Position numbers and translations under genes: made by a program. Source: Gammaproteobacteria bacterium (GTDB taxonomy: Bacteria > Pseudomonadota > Gammaproteobacteria > CBDBNL01 > JAAOII01). Taken from it: a stretch of 64,000 bases of DNA. The stretch is from contig OZ242372.1 in assembly GCA_965209035.1 (NCBI GenBank), positions 1,536,001 through 1,600,000 on the forward strand, given 5' to 3'. Every line of letters starts with the position of its first letter. Positions within the stretch are counted from its first letter, which is position 1. The notes beneath the pieces were generated by a model. That model did not search any database. It saw nothing but the letters and a program-made list of their open reading frames with translations, and was not told where the DNA came from. Positions 37,942 to 49,864 of this stretch are shown here, piece by piece.

Positions 37942-38292
37942 CTACTTGTCAGCAATTTTGCGATAGTAGGATCTTATTTCTCCTACGAGCAAGGCGATCG
38001 CAATGAACAGCACCAAATCCTTAATAGACATCACTTGGGCGTCTTTTAACCAATGCATTCCTTTCGGTGCCAATTCATGGAAGATCCAAACACCTGCGGT
38101 TATGCCGTAAAGCACTGCCGCAAAGGATATCCCCAAGACAAAGATATAATGAAAACCCTCTTTTTTCTTGTCGGCTCTTTTTGCCTCCTTATCTTGGTGT
38201 TCCGGGTAGAGTAGCTTGCCGCCTCCATTTTTTGTGTCTTCTGCTTTCTTTTCAAGCAGGTTTAGTTTTTTATTTTGATTTTTGTTAGGCAT
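37942..38292 (-). CDS. Small 2-TM membrane protein, candidate toxin partner of Panacea antitoxin
   Basis: 116 aa; overlaps upstream DUF4065 gene by 8 nt. Confidence 0.65.
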   Translation of the reverse strand: MPNKNQNKKLNLLEKKAEDTKNGGGKLLYPEHQDKEAKRADKKKEGFHYIFVLGISFAAVLYGITAGVWIFHELAPKGMHWLKDAQVMSIKDLVLFIAIALLVGEIRSYYRKIADK

Positions 38293-38848
38293 TATTTTCT
38301 TGTTCGGCTATCTCCTCTAACCTTTTTTCGATGACATCATCAAAATGCTTTTTAATTTTCTTTGTTGGTATCACAGTTCCTCTTTCCCTCCTTTTATAAG
38401 TTTCCGCCCATGGCGTTCCGGGTTGATGTGTCAAAGACACAACCTCGCCAGCACTCTTACGCTTATAAGTATTCCAAACGACGGACAGTACTCTGCCTTC
38501 CGTCGTTTCCTCATTGACAGAACGGTATCTCAACTCTTCAACTTTTTCATCCCGGGATATTTCCAGACTGGGAACAAACTTCGTGATGGGTTTCCGCCCC
38601 CAATGTTGGAAGGCATGGTATACGGAAGGAATGACAGGACCAAACTTCCATGCCTGTAGGTCTTCCGCAATTAGTTTTTTGCCATCCATGATTGACAAAG
38701 CCCAACCATAACCAAAATAACACATCTTGACCAACCGGAGCAAATCAATATCAATATTTTGATCAGCCGCTTTCTTGATAAAGAAGTTTGCAATATGCTC
38801 CGATTTGTATGCGGAGATATGCTCTTTTATTTTTTGTTTCGTTTTCAT
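38285..38848 (-). CDS. Panacea domain (DUF4065/SocA-like) antitoxin
   Basis: IANFFI, LVKMCYF.YGW, QAWKFGPV.PSVY, LTHQPGTPW motifs. Confidence 0.88.
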   Translation of the reverse strand: MKTKQKIKEHISAYKSEHIANFFIKKAADQNIDIDLLRLVKMCYFGYGWALSIMDGKKLIAEDLQAWKFGPVIPSVYHAFQHWGRKPITKFVPSLEISRDEKVEELRYRSVNEETTEGRVLSVVWNTYKRKSAGEVVSLTHQPGTPWAETYKRRERGTVIPTKKIKKHFDDVIEKRLEEIAEQENNA

Positions 38849-39238
38849 AATTAATATATACCGGAGTTAAATTTAATAATAATTCAAGCAGCACCAAGAT
38901 TATACAGCGATATATTCCATTTATTCCTTTTTGCATTATCTCACCCGGTTTTGGAGGTTTTGGATTTTTTTATTTGTGTCCGTATGACCTTCAAACCGCC
39001 CCCAAACCAAACCCCGAACCGCCGAGAGTTGTTCCGTAAATATTAAGACATTAGAAGCCGTGGGGCTGAAGGCTGGGGAGTTGAGAATGAGTATTTGGAA
39101 TGAATAGAACAACTTGAAACTATCCCCCGCATCTTATCAAGCATCTTTTTGAGTGCGGTCAATTTTGCCCCGCCCTGGCCGCTTTGCCTGTTGTCCGGCC
39201 GCCGGCAACCTTGTTTTCTATTCTGTTACCTTACCTGC

Positions 39239-41537
39239 TTATCTGCCTTGCGCCGAGAGGCCGCCCGGCAGGCAATTCAGGACCGGGTATTGGCTGCTTG
39301 TGCCAAGATTCCAAACGCTGAAGAATCCATTCGGCAGGTCATCCGCGTCCATCACTTCCATCACTTCGCCAGTGTCCCGATTACACCAGATGCCACCCCA
39401 GTCGGCATAGATGCCTGTGAAAGTAATCGGCGATTGCAATTCCGTCGTGGTCTTACCCTTACCCAGATTAAGAGCACTCATAGACAGCATGGTGGTGTCC
39501 GTATCCCAGTAAGACGCATTGACGGTGGTGGCATCATCGGCGACGCCCACCAATCCACCCGGACCACCCAGCGAAGCATCGACAGTTGAAACCCGCCCGC
39601 CGGCAGTATAAGAATAGCGAATCGTCGCACTACTTCCATCCCCAACCAGTCCGCTAATCGCAGGTTCCCGAGTCCCGGCAACACTTCCGTTGCGCACATA
39701 AACATAGTAAATATGAGAATCCAGCCCATACCCCACCAGTCCGCCAATATTAATGTTCCCGGCAACATCCGTGCCGGACACACCGGCATAGCGAATAGTA
39801 GCGGACTGACCATTTCCAATCAGTCCGCCAATACGACCGTTCCCGGTAACATCCGCGTCGGACACACTGGCATAGCGAATAGTAGCAGACCGACCACTTC
39901 CAACCAGCCCGCCAATAGCGTTACCGTCACTGCCACCATAGTCCGCGAAAACAGTGATACCGGATACACGGGCATAGCGAATATTAGCAGACAGACCATC
40001 TCCAATCAGTCCGCCGGCAGCGCCTCCGCCTGAGCCGGAGGAAGCACTTCCGCCGGATACATTCGCATGGCGAATGTTGGCAGACGGACCCTGCCCAACC
40101 AGCCCGCCAACACTACCGAGCCCGGCAACATCTGTGCCGGACACTTCGGTATAGCGAATAGTGGCGGACTGACCATTTCCAATCAGTCCGCCCACTGCGT
40201 TAGCATTACCATCTATCACACTGCCACGAACCGACAGATTTTCATAACTGGCATTCCTGCCATAGCCTGCCAGTGTGCCCACATCACTACCGGCATTGAA
40301 TTTGATAGTCGCATCCCGGAGATGCAGATTTTGAAGACTGCCGTTGAACGCACCAAATAAGCCCAGCCCAAAGTTCCTACCGGACACAGAGATAAACAGA
40401 TCGGCAAGAGTATGATCCCGACCATCAAACACAGCCGCATACGACGTATAACTCCGGCACTTGACATTAAACTGGTCTTCGTTATTTATGTCAGTACAGA
40501 AGCCGATCGGTTGCCAGCCGCTGCCACTCGTCCAAAGAGCTTGATTGCCGCTGCTACCGCTACCCGTGGCATAGGATTCCCCATCGCTAAAATTGAGCGA
40601 GCGCGTCAGTTCGTAGCCCCGGCAGCCGTCCGGGACCGGACAGCCCTCGGCACCCACGGCGGTAATATCGGAAATATTCCCATCATCCTCCCCATCGCCA
40701 TTGAGATCATCGCGCAGTAGGGCTAATTGATCCAAATTGTGAATCTCGATCAAGCCGTTATTATCATCGTCCACATCCGCCGTATCAAGCGTGCCGTCAT
40801 TGTCATCGTCCAAATCCTCATCGCTATCCTGACAGCCGTCGCCGTCATGGTCCGTAGACGGATTGGAGGTCCAACCCGTATCGCCGCGCGGACAGTCGTC
40901 GGCAAGATCATTCAGGCCATCATTGTCATCGTCATCATCACAGGCATCGCCTAGCGGATCCGTATCGTTATTGAGTTGTCGGGGATTAGCAATGCCGCGG
41001 CAGTTGTCCACCGCATTCGGAACTCCGTCCCTGTCAGTGTCTCCCGTCGGGTTGCCACCTCCGGGTCCGGTCCTTGCCGGGTTCGCCGCCGTAACCGCAG
41101 CTGCGCGGCCACCCGTATAGAGCACCACAATCGTTAGATTGTAGGCGGCATCATGCATCAGCCCCTCAAGAGTGATGCTCACGCGTGCACCGGCCAAGGT
41201 GCTCACATCCGGTGCCGTCAAATTTTGCATGCCGGCGTCGCCCGCATCTTGCGTATTCTCCCAAGTAATATTGAAGCCGGCAATATTGGGTTGATTCGGA
41301 TTCTTCCAAGAGACGACAAGACTCGTGTTGGTATCTCCCGCCACAAACTCAATCTCGGCAACACCGAAATTATCGGGGGGGGGGGGGACTACCGCCGCCT
41401 CCGCTTCCGCCGCCGCAAGCGGCGAGCAAGACGGCCGACAAGCCGATGGTTAATAATAGGTTGCTGCCGCGGTGTGCCGTTTGGCCGGCTGCGACGATGC
41501 CGTTGCTACGGATAGCGTGTATTGCGAATATGCTCAT
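39239..41537 (-). pseudogene. GLUG/TSP3/FN3 lipoprotein copy A, out of frame at poly-C(13)
   Basis: Same ATG and LAAC lipobox as copy B; G13 at 41375-41387; span 2299 = 3n+1. Confidence 0.85.
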
Positions 41538-41603
41538 AATGAATGATTGATTGTTTTTATTAAAGATAAAATCATTTTTGTCTTTTTTTACCCGCTTATC
41601 TGC

Positions 41604-43895
41604 TTATCTGCCTTGCGCCGAGAGGCCGCCCGGCAGGCAATTCAGAACGGGGTATTGGTTTGCCGTGCCCAGATCCCAAACACGAACGAAGGGGGCACCT
41701 GGCCCGGTAGCGGTAGCATCTTCCATCTCGGCGTCCGTCCTTGGATCGCACCAGAAGTTGCCCCAGTCGGCATAGATATTGGCCGAACCATCCGCGGCGG
41801 CGGTAGTAAAATCGGTCGGCGATTGCAACTCGGTCGTGGTCTTACCCCTACCCAGATTACGGGCACTCGCAGACAGCATGGTGGTGTCCGTATCCCAGTA
41901 AGTGGCATTGACGGTGGTGGCATCATTGGCAAGGCCCACCAATCCACCCAGAGCACCCAAAGTACCGGATGCTGAAACCCGCCCGCCGGCGGCATAAGAA
42001 TAGCGAATCGTCGCACCCTTCCCCGCCCCAACCAGTCCGCCAACTGCATCATCCAGATTTGCGGTAACACTTCCGTTGTGCACATAAACATAGTAAATAT
42101 CAGAATTCTGCCCGTTCCCGATCAGTCCGCCAGTACTTTTACTCCCGGCAACATCCGCATCGGACACACCGGCATAGCGAATATTAGCATGCACTCCGTC
42201 CCCAATCAATCCGCCAGTACTAGCACCCCCGGCAACATCCGCATCGGACACACTGGCATAGCGAATATTAGAACGCACTCCGTCCCCAATCAGTCCGCCA
42301 ACAGAACTACCGGCAAGGTTACTAGCGTCCGCGAAAACAGTGATGCCGGCTACACGGGCATAGCGAATATTAGCAGACTGCCCAAACCCAACCAGTCCGC
42401 CGAGATTACCTCCGCTTGCGCCGCTGGAAGCACTGCCGCCGGATACATTCGCATGGCGAATTTTAGCAGACTGACCATGCCCAACCAGCCCGCCAACACT
42501 ATTGACCCCGGCAACATCTGTGCCGGATACTTGGGTATAGCGAATAGTAGCAGACTGACCATCTCCAATCAGTCCGCCCACTCCGCTAGCAGCAGGACTA
42601 CTTATCACACTGCCACTAACCGACAAATTTTCATAATGGGCATTCCTGCCATAGCCTACCAGTGCGCCCACATCATCGGCACCGAAATTGATAGTCGCAT
42701 TCCGGAGATGCAGATTCTGAAGTCCGCCGTTGAATGCACCAAATAAGCCCAGCCCGTAGATCGGACCAAACGCAGAGATGAACAGATCGGCAAGAGTATG
42801 ATCCCGACCATCAAACACAGCTGCATACCCGGTGCAAACATTATTGTCAGTACAGGAGCCGATCGGTTGCCAGCCGCTGCCACTCGTCCAAAGAGCTTGA
42901 TTGCCGCTGCTACCGCTACCCGTGGCATAGGATTCCCCATCGCTAAAATTGAGCGAGCGCATCAGTTCGTAGCCCCGGCAGCCGTCCGGCAGCGGGCAGC
43001 CCTCGGAGCCCACGGCGGTAATATCGGAAATATTCCCATCATCCTCCCCATCGCCATTGAGATCATCGCGCAGTAGGGCTAATTGATCCAAATTGTGAAT
43101 CTCGATCAAGCCGTTATCATTGTCATCCACATCCGCCGTATCAAGCGTGCCGTCATTGTCATCGTCCAAATCCTCATCACTATCCTGACAGCCGTCGCCG
43201 TCATGGTCCGTAGACGGATTGGAGGTCCAACCCGTATCGCCGCGCGGACAGTCGTCGGCAAGATCATTCAGGCCATCATTATCATCGTCATCATCACAGG
43301 CATCGCCTAGCGGATCCATATCGCTATTGAGTTGCCGGGGATTAACAATGCCGCGGCAGTTGTCTTCCGCATTCGGAACTCCGTCCCTGTCAGTGTCTCC
43401 CGTCGGGTTGCCACCCCCGGGTCCGGTCCTTGCCGGGTTCGCCGCCGTAACCGCAGCTGCGCGGCCACCCGTATAGAGCACCACAATCGTTAGATTGTAG
43501 GCGGCATCATGCATCAGCCCCTCAAGAGTGATGCTCACGCGTGCACCGGCCAAGGTGCTCACATCCGGTGCCGTCAAATTTTGCATGCCGGCGTCGCCCG
43601 CATCTTGCGTATTCTCCCAAGTAATATTGAAGCCGGCAATATTGGGTTGATTCGGATTCTTCCAAGAGACGACAAGACTCGTGTTGGTATCTCCCGCCAC
43701 AAACTCAATCTCAGCAACACCGAAATTATCGGGGGGGGGGGGGGGACTACCGCCGCCTCCGCTTCCGCCGCCGCAAGCGGCGAGCAAGACGGCCGACAAG
43801 CCGATGGTTAATAATAGGATGCTGCCGCGGTGTGCCGTTTGGCCGGCTGCGACGATGCCGTTGCTACGGATAGCGTGTATTGCGAATATGCTCAT
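41604..43895 (-). CDS. GLUG/TSP3/FN3 surface lipoprotein copy B, in frame, poly-C(15)
   Basis: LAAC lipobox, GGGS-PPPPP linker, FN3-like domain, DxDxDG Ca-binding repeats, VGGLIG repeats; G15 at 43731-43745. Confidence 0.9.
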   Translation of the reverse strand: MSIFAIHAIRSNGIVAAGQTAHRGSILLLTIGLSAVLLAACGGGSGGGGSPPPPPDNFGVAEIEFVAGDTNTSLVVSWKNPNQPNIAGFNITWENTQDAGDAGMQNLTAPDVSTLAGARVSITLEGLMHDAAYNLTIVVLYTGGRAAAVTAANPARTGPGGGNPTGDTDRDGVPNAEDNCRGIVNPRQLNSDMDPLGDACDDDDDNDGLNDLADDCPRGDTGWTSNPSTDHDGDGCQDSDEDLDDDNDGTLDTADVDDNDNGLIEIHNLDQLALLRDDLNGDGEDDGNISDITAVGSEGCPLPDGCRGYELMRSLNFSDGESYATGSGSSGNQALWTSGSGWQPIGSCTDNNVCTGYAAVFDGRDHTLADLFISAFGPIYGLGLFGAFNGGLQNLHLRNATINFGADDVGALVGYGRNAHYENLSVSGSVISSPAASGVGGLIGDGQSATIRYTQVSGTDVAGVNSVGGLVGHGQSAKIRHANVSGGSASSGASGGNLGGLVGFGQSANIRYARVAGITVFADASNLAGSSVGGLIGDGVRSNIRYASVSDADVAGGASTGGLIGDGVHANIRYAGVSDADVAGSKSTGGLIGNGQNSDIYYVYVHNGSVTANLDDAVGGLVGAGKGATIRYSYAAGGRVSASGTLGALGGLVGLANDATTVNATYWDTDTTMLSASARNLGRGKTTTELQSPTDFTTAAADGSANIYADWGNFWCDPRTDAEMEDATATGPGAPFVRVWDLGTANQYPVLNCLPGGLSAQGR

Positions 43896-43961
43896 AATGA
43901 ATGATTGATTGTTTTTATTAAAGATAAAATCATTTTTGTCTTTTTTTACCCGCTTATCTGC

Positions 43962-46377
43962 TTACCTGCCTTGCGCCGAGAGGCCGCCCGGCAGGCAATT
44001 CAGAACGGGGTATTGGTTTGCCGTGCCTAGATCCCAGACACGAACGAAGGGGGCACCCGGCCCGGTAGCGGTAGCATCTTCCCTCTCAGCGTCCGTCCTT
44101 GGATCGCACCAGAAGTTGCCCCAGTCGGCATAGATATTGGCCGAACCATCCGCGGCGGCGGTAGTAAAATCGGTTGGCGATTGCAATTCCATTGTGGTCT
44201 TACCCTCACCCAGATTAAGGGCACTCGTAGACAGCATGGTGGTGTCCGTATCCCAGTAAGTGGCATTGACGGTGATCCTATCGGCAGCACCCACCAACCC
44301 ACCCGGACCACCTAAGCTATTGGAGGTTGAAACCTCTCCGCCGGCGGCATAAGAATAGCGAATCGTCGCCTTACCTCCATCCCCAACCAGTCCGCCGATC
44401 GCATCATCCCGAGTTCCGGCAACACTTCCGTTGTGCACATAAACATAGCGAATATTAGCAGACTCACCAAACCCAACCAGTCCGCCAACATTGGAATTCC
44501 CGGAAACATCCGCGCCGGACACACCGGCATAGCGAATAGTAGCATTCTCTCCTCTCCCAATCAATCCGCCAACACGCTCATTAACTCCGGCAACATCCAC
44601 GCCGGACACACCGGCATAGCGAATATTAGCAGACGGGCCATTCCCAACCAGTCCGCCAACATTGGAATTCCCGGAAACATCCGCGCCGGACACACCGGCA
44701 TAGCGAATAGTAGCATTCTCTCCTCTCCCAACCAGTCCGCCAACATTAACACTCCCGGAACTCCCAGTGACATCCGTGCCGGACACACCGGCATAGCGAA
44801 TATTAGCATGATCCCCAAGCCCAATCAGTCCGCCGGCAAGTCCGCCGGCAACCCTTCCGCCGGATACATTCGCATGGCGAATTTTAGCAGACGGACCATT
44901 CCCAACCAGTCCGCCAACAAAGCCAACCAGTTCGCTAACCTGTCCGGCCCCGGCAACATCTGTGCCGGACACACGGGCATAGCGAATAGTGGCGGACTGA
45001 CCATCTCCAATCAGTCCGCCCACTCTGTCAGCATTAGGACTACTTATCACACTGCCACGAACCGACAGATTTTCATAATGGGCATTTCTGCCATAGCCTA
45101 CCAGTGCACCCACCCCATCGAAACCGAAATTAATAGTCGCATTCCGGAGATGCAGATTCTGAAGACTGCCGTTGAATGCGCCAAATAAGCCCAGCCCGAG
45201 TATCCTGATCGTAGAGGGCCCAGAGATGAACAGATCGGCAAGAGTATGGTCCCGACCATCAAACACAGCCGCATACGACACATAACTCCGGCATCTGACC
45301 ACAAACAGGTTTACGACATCTACGGCAGTACAGGAGCCGATCGGCTGCCAGCCGTTGCCACTGCGATTTGTCCAAACAGCTTGATTGTCGCTGCTACCGC
45401 TACCCGTGGCATAGGAATCCGCATCGCTGAAATTGAGCGAGCGCATCAGTTCGTAGCCCCGGCAGCCGTCCGGGACCGGACAGCCCTCGGCACCCACGGC
45501 GGTAACATCGGAAATATTCCCATCATCCTCCCCATCGCCATTGAGATCATCGCGCAGCCGCGCCAAGTCATCCAATGTGTAGATTTCTATCAAGCCGTTA
45601 TCATTGTCATCCACATCCGCCGTATCAAGCGTGCCGTCATTGTCATCGTCCAAATCCTCATCGCTATCCTGACAGCCGTCGCCGTCATGGTCCGTAGACG
45701 GATTGGAGGTCCAACCCGTATCGCCGCGCGGACAGTCGTCGGCAAGATCATTCAGGCCATCATTATCATCGTCATCATCACAGGCATCGCCTAGCGGATC
45801 CGTATCGTTATTGAGTTGCCGGGGATTAACAATGCCGCGGCAGTTGTCCGCCGCATTCGGAACTCCGTCCCTGTCAGTGTCTCCCGTCGGATTGCTACCC
45901 CCGGGTCCGGTCCTTGCCGGGTCCGCCGCCGTAACCGATGCCGCGCGGCCACCCGTATAGAGCACCACAATCGTTAGATTGTAGGTGGCATCATGCATCA
46001 GCCCCTCAAGAGTGATGCTCACGCGTGCACCGGCCAAGGTGCTCACATCCGGTGCTGTCAAATTTTGCATGCCGGCGTCGTCCGCATCTTGCGTATTCTC
46101 CCAAGTAATATTGAAGCCGGCAATATTGGGTTGATTCGGATTCTTCCAAGAGACGACAAGACTCGTGTTGGTATCTCCCGCCACAAACTCAATCTCAGCA
46201 ACACCGAAATTATCGGGGGGGGGGGGGGGGACTACCGCCGCCTCCGCCACCGCCGCAAGCGGCGAGCAAGACGGCCGACAAGCCGATGGTTAATAATAGG
46301 ATGCTGCCGCGGTGTGCCGTTCGGCCGGCTGCGACGATGCCGTTGCTACGGATAGCGTGTATTGCGAATATGCTCAT
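43962..46377 (-). pseudogene. GLUG/TSP3/FN3 lipoprotein copy C, out of frame at poly-C(16)
   Basis: ATG at 46377; G16 at 46215-46230; span 2416 = 3n+1. Confidence 0.85.
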
Positions 46378-48533
46378 AATGAATAATTGATTGTTTTATT
46401 AAAAGATAAAATCAGCATAGTTAATATTTTACCATATTTCGGCGAGACTAATGCAAAGACCAGGCAAAGACTATGCAAAGACTAGGCAAACATCCGTTCC
46501 GCTTGTCGGTTATTGTTTACTGCCGTTGTTGTGCCGGGCTGAGGGGAAGGCAGTTCAAGGCGGGGTATTGGTTGGCCGCACCCAGATCCCACAGACGAAT
46601 GAAAGGGGCACCGGGGCCGCCGGCATCTGTGGTTTCCCGGATCTCGAGACTAACCGGATCACACCAGAAGTTGCCCCAGAGTGCGTAGATGTTGTCCGTC
46701 CCGGTGAAGTTAGTCGGGGTCTGCAGCTCCGCAGTTGTCTTCGCCGCCGTTCCTGTCTTCCCCACATGAACACCTCCCGACACTAGCGACTGCCTTGTGG
46801 TTTGCGTGTCCCAATAGGATGCGATGAATAATGTTGTCGTTATGAAAAGGGCGGAATTACCGATCAAGCCGCCGGTAAATGCATTGCCTGAGATCTCGCC
46901 ACTGGCCACATAGGAATAACGACCTTCAGACATGCTCCCGATGCCGGACAATCCACCCACCGATCGAAGAAAAACAGAAATGCGACGACCTCCAAGACCA
47001 CCAACACTGCCACGGACCACATAGGAATGACGAACATCGGCACCTATCCCATTACCGAGCACCCCGCCAATAAACGTACCACCATGCGCATCAAGGGCTG
47101 TAATATTCGCATCGGACACGGACACGGCACGAATCGTCGCACCCTCTCCATCGCCGACCAGACCGCCGAGACGATTGTCACCGGCAACAGTCACATCGGA
47201 CACAGCCGCGGCATGAATCGTCGCACGCCGTCCATCGCCGACCAGACCGCCGACACGATCATCATCGGCACTGGCATGGTCATCAGCGGCACGCACAGTC
47301 GCATCGGACACGAAGGCGGCCCGAAGCGTCGCATCCCGTCCATCGCCGACCAGGCCGCCGATCTGATCATCACCGGCAACAGCCGCACCGGACACGGATA
47401 CCGCACGCATCATAGTATCCGCACCGGACGCATCGCCAACCAGACCACCGACAGAATCCGCGGACGCACTCATGATCACTCCCCCGATAACCGACAGATT
47501 CTCATAACGAGCATTGCGGCCATAGCCCGCCAGCAGACCCACATCATTGGCGCCGCCACTGACATTCGCATTTCGGAGATGCAGATTTTGGATAGTGCCA
47601 TTGAACGCACCAAACAAGCCGATGCCATTGACGGTATGATTGACAGAAATGAACAGATCGGCAATGCGATAACCGCCGCCGTCAAACACAGCCGTCCAAG
47701 GAGTGCAAGTATTCCGGGCGGAGCAGGAGCCGATCGGCTGCCAGCCGCTGCCGCTGCGATTTGTCCAAGCAGCCTTATTAGCACTGCCCGGCAAATAGGA
47801 AGCCGCATCGCTGAAATTCAGCGAGCGGGTTAACTCATAGCCTGCACAGCCGTCCGGGAGCGGGCAGCCCGCGGCACCCACAGAGGTAATCTCGTCAATA
47901 TTCTCATCATCATCTCCATCGCCGTCCAGATCATCGCGCAGTAAGGCTAACTGGTCCAAGCTGTGAATCTCTATCAAGCCGTCACCGTCATAGTCCAAAT
48001 CATCCGCATTCGCCACACCATCACCATCAATATCGTCCGGATCCGTTCCGGTGATGCCTTCAACCGAAGTTGAAGCCACCGAAGTGCCATCCGCATAACG
48101 CACTGTAACTGTGATGCGATAGGTGGCAGCATAGTTTAGATTCGTAATCTTATATGTATTATCCGAAGCACCCGCCACAACATTCGCCAGGGAATCAGTA
48201 AGTTCCATTTCTCCTCTATCGGTCGGATCGGCATCATCGCCAACATTGATCCAATTAATATTGAACCCGCTGATACTCTCCCGGTTTGGATTGGTCCAAC
48301 TCACGATAATATTATTCCCACTGACCATGGTTCGGATACCGGAAACAGCCAGAGGATCGGGAGGAGGAACAATAGGGTTATCGATATCATCCGGATCCCG
48401 CCCGGTCGTGACTTGAACCGAACCCAAAACTACGGGATCTTGACCCTCATAACGCACCGTCACTGTGATTTTGTAAGTAGCCGCATAGGTTAGATTCGTA
48501 ATCTTATATGTATTATCCGAAGCACCCGCCGCA

Positions 48534-49837
48534 TGCATGATCTCATAAAGGTTCTGGACTCTGAGTTTGGTATTGTGCGTCCTCAGATCAAGCAGCCGGA
48601 TGTTCTGTCGGACGGGTCGAAAATAGATCCGGCAACGGGTCTCCGGTATGTGGAGCTAGATGAATGAAACGGGCAAGAAAGATGGATAGCTGTTTTGCTC
48701 TCACCGCCGCAGACAGCGGAGGCTTGTTGTTGATAAAACTGTCTAGGTGTATCCGCTGGCAAGACGGTACGGTGTGCGAGAGCGGCTGCACCGCGGAGGT
48801 GATTTGAAATGAGAGGAACACGTTTACGCTACATTGGTTATCGCGTGCGCGGTTTCAATAAAATGGTGGTTTTAGCAAACAAATATTCAAACATGTCTAA
48901 AACCACCAAAATCAAACTGGACACCTTAGCGTTCGCGCGCAAACATGGTGTCGCGGCGGCGCTGGATCATGCCGGGATCAGTCGTGCTACATTCTACGAG
49001 TGGCAGCGGCGTTTCCGTGAAGGCGGGGTCGATGAACTGGCGAACAACTATGGGTATCAGCCCAAGCGGTCCAACACCTGGCCACCGGCACTGATTACCA
49101 AGATCCGATCTTGGCGACAACAGCGTCCGAACATCGGTGCCGGTAAACTGGTCTGCTTGTTACCCGAATGGTGTCAGCAGCGCGGGCTGCCGCTGCCCAG
49201 CCAATCAACGCTCTCTCGCATCATTGCCGATGACCCGGATAAGATGCGGTGCAAACCATCGCGGTCCGTGCCGAAACGCCTGCGGCAAGGTGCTCCGCGC
49301 GAGCGCAAGGACATCCGCTTTGTTGCGGGCCGGAGAGGTGAATGTGTTGCCTTTGATACGCTCGTCCGCATCGTCGATGGCCGGCGCTTTTATTGGCATG
49401 TCGGCATTGATCTATTTTCCCGCTTCTCACTGGTCAGTGTCGACACCTCGGCTGCTTCGGCCAGTTCCGCCCGGCTCTTTACCGCCATGCAAAACATACT
49501 CGGCACTCGGATCGAAAAAGTCCTCACCGATAATGGCAGTGAGTTCGCCAAAGACTTTCACCGGGTCGTGACCGCAAACGGCAGCACCCACTGGTATACT
49601 TATCCAAGGAAACCGCAAATGAATGCACACTGCGAACGGTTTAATCGCACTCTCTGGGAAGAGTTCGGTTGTCATATGCGGCATCTCTTGGTTAAGGATA
49701 TGCCGGCATTCAACGCCAAACTCATCGAGTGGTTGGCTTGGTATAATCTGGAACGTCCCCATTATGCTCTCAAACAACTCTCGCCAATCCAGTTTTTGCA
49801 AAAACAAAAAAAGTCCAGAAATGGGTGGGATCATACA
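48534..49837 (+). mobile_element. IS481-like insertion sequence (1304 bp), 5-bp TSD CCGCA
   Basis: IRL TGCATGATCTCATAAAGGTTCTGGACT vs IRR(rc) TGTATGATCCCACCCATTTCTGGACT; CCGCA at 48529-48533 and 49838-49842. Confidence 0.92.
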
Positions 49838-49864
49838 CCGCAACATTCGCCCGGGGAGGATTAA
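48809..49864 (+). CDS. DDE transposase (HTH + rve integrase core)
   Basis: GISRATFYEW HTH, VLTDNGSEF, PQMNAHCERFNRT, YNLERPH. Confidence 0.93.
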   Translation: MRGTRLRYIGYRVRGFNKMVVLANKYSNMSKTTKIKLDTLAFARKHGVAAALDHAGISRATFYEWQRRFREGGVDELANNYGYQPKRSNTWPPALITKIRSWRQQRPNIGAGKLVCLLPEWCQQRGLPLPSQSTLSRIIADDPDKMRCKPSRSVPKRLRQGAPRERKDIRFVAGRRGECVAFDTLVRIVDGRRFYWHVGIDLFSRFSLVSVDTSAASASSARLFTAMQNILGTRIEKVLTDNGSEFAKDFHRVVTANGSTHWYTYPRKPQMNAHCERFNRTLWEEFGCHMRHLLVKDMPAFNAKLIEWLAWYNLERPHYALKQLSPIQFLQKQKKSRNGWDHTPQHSPGED

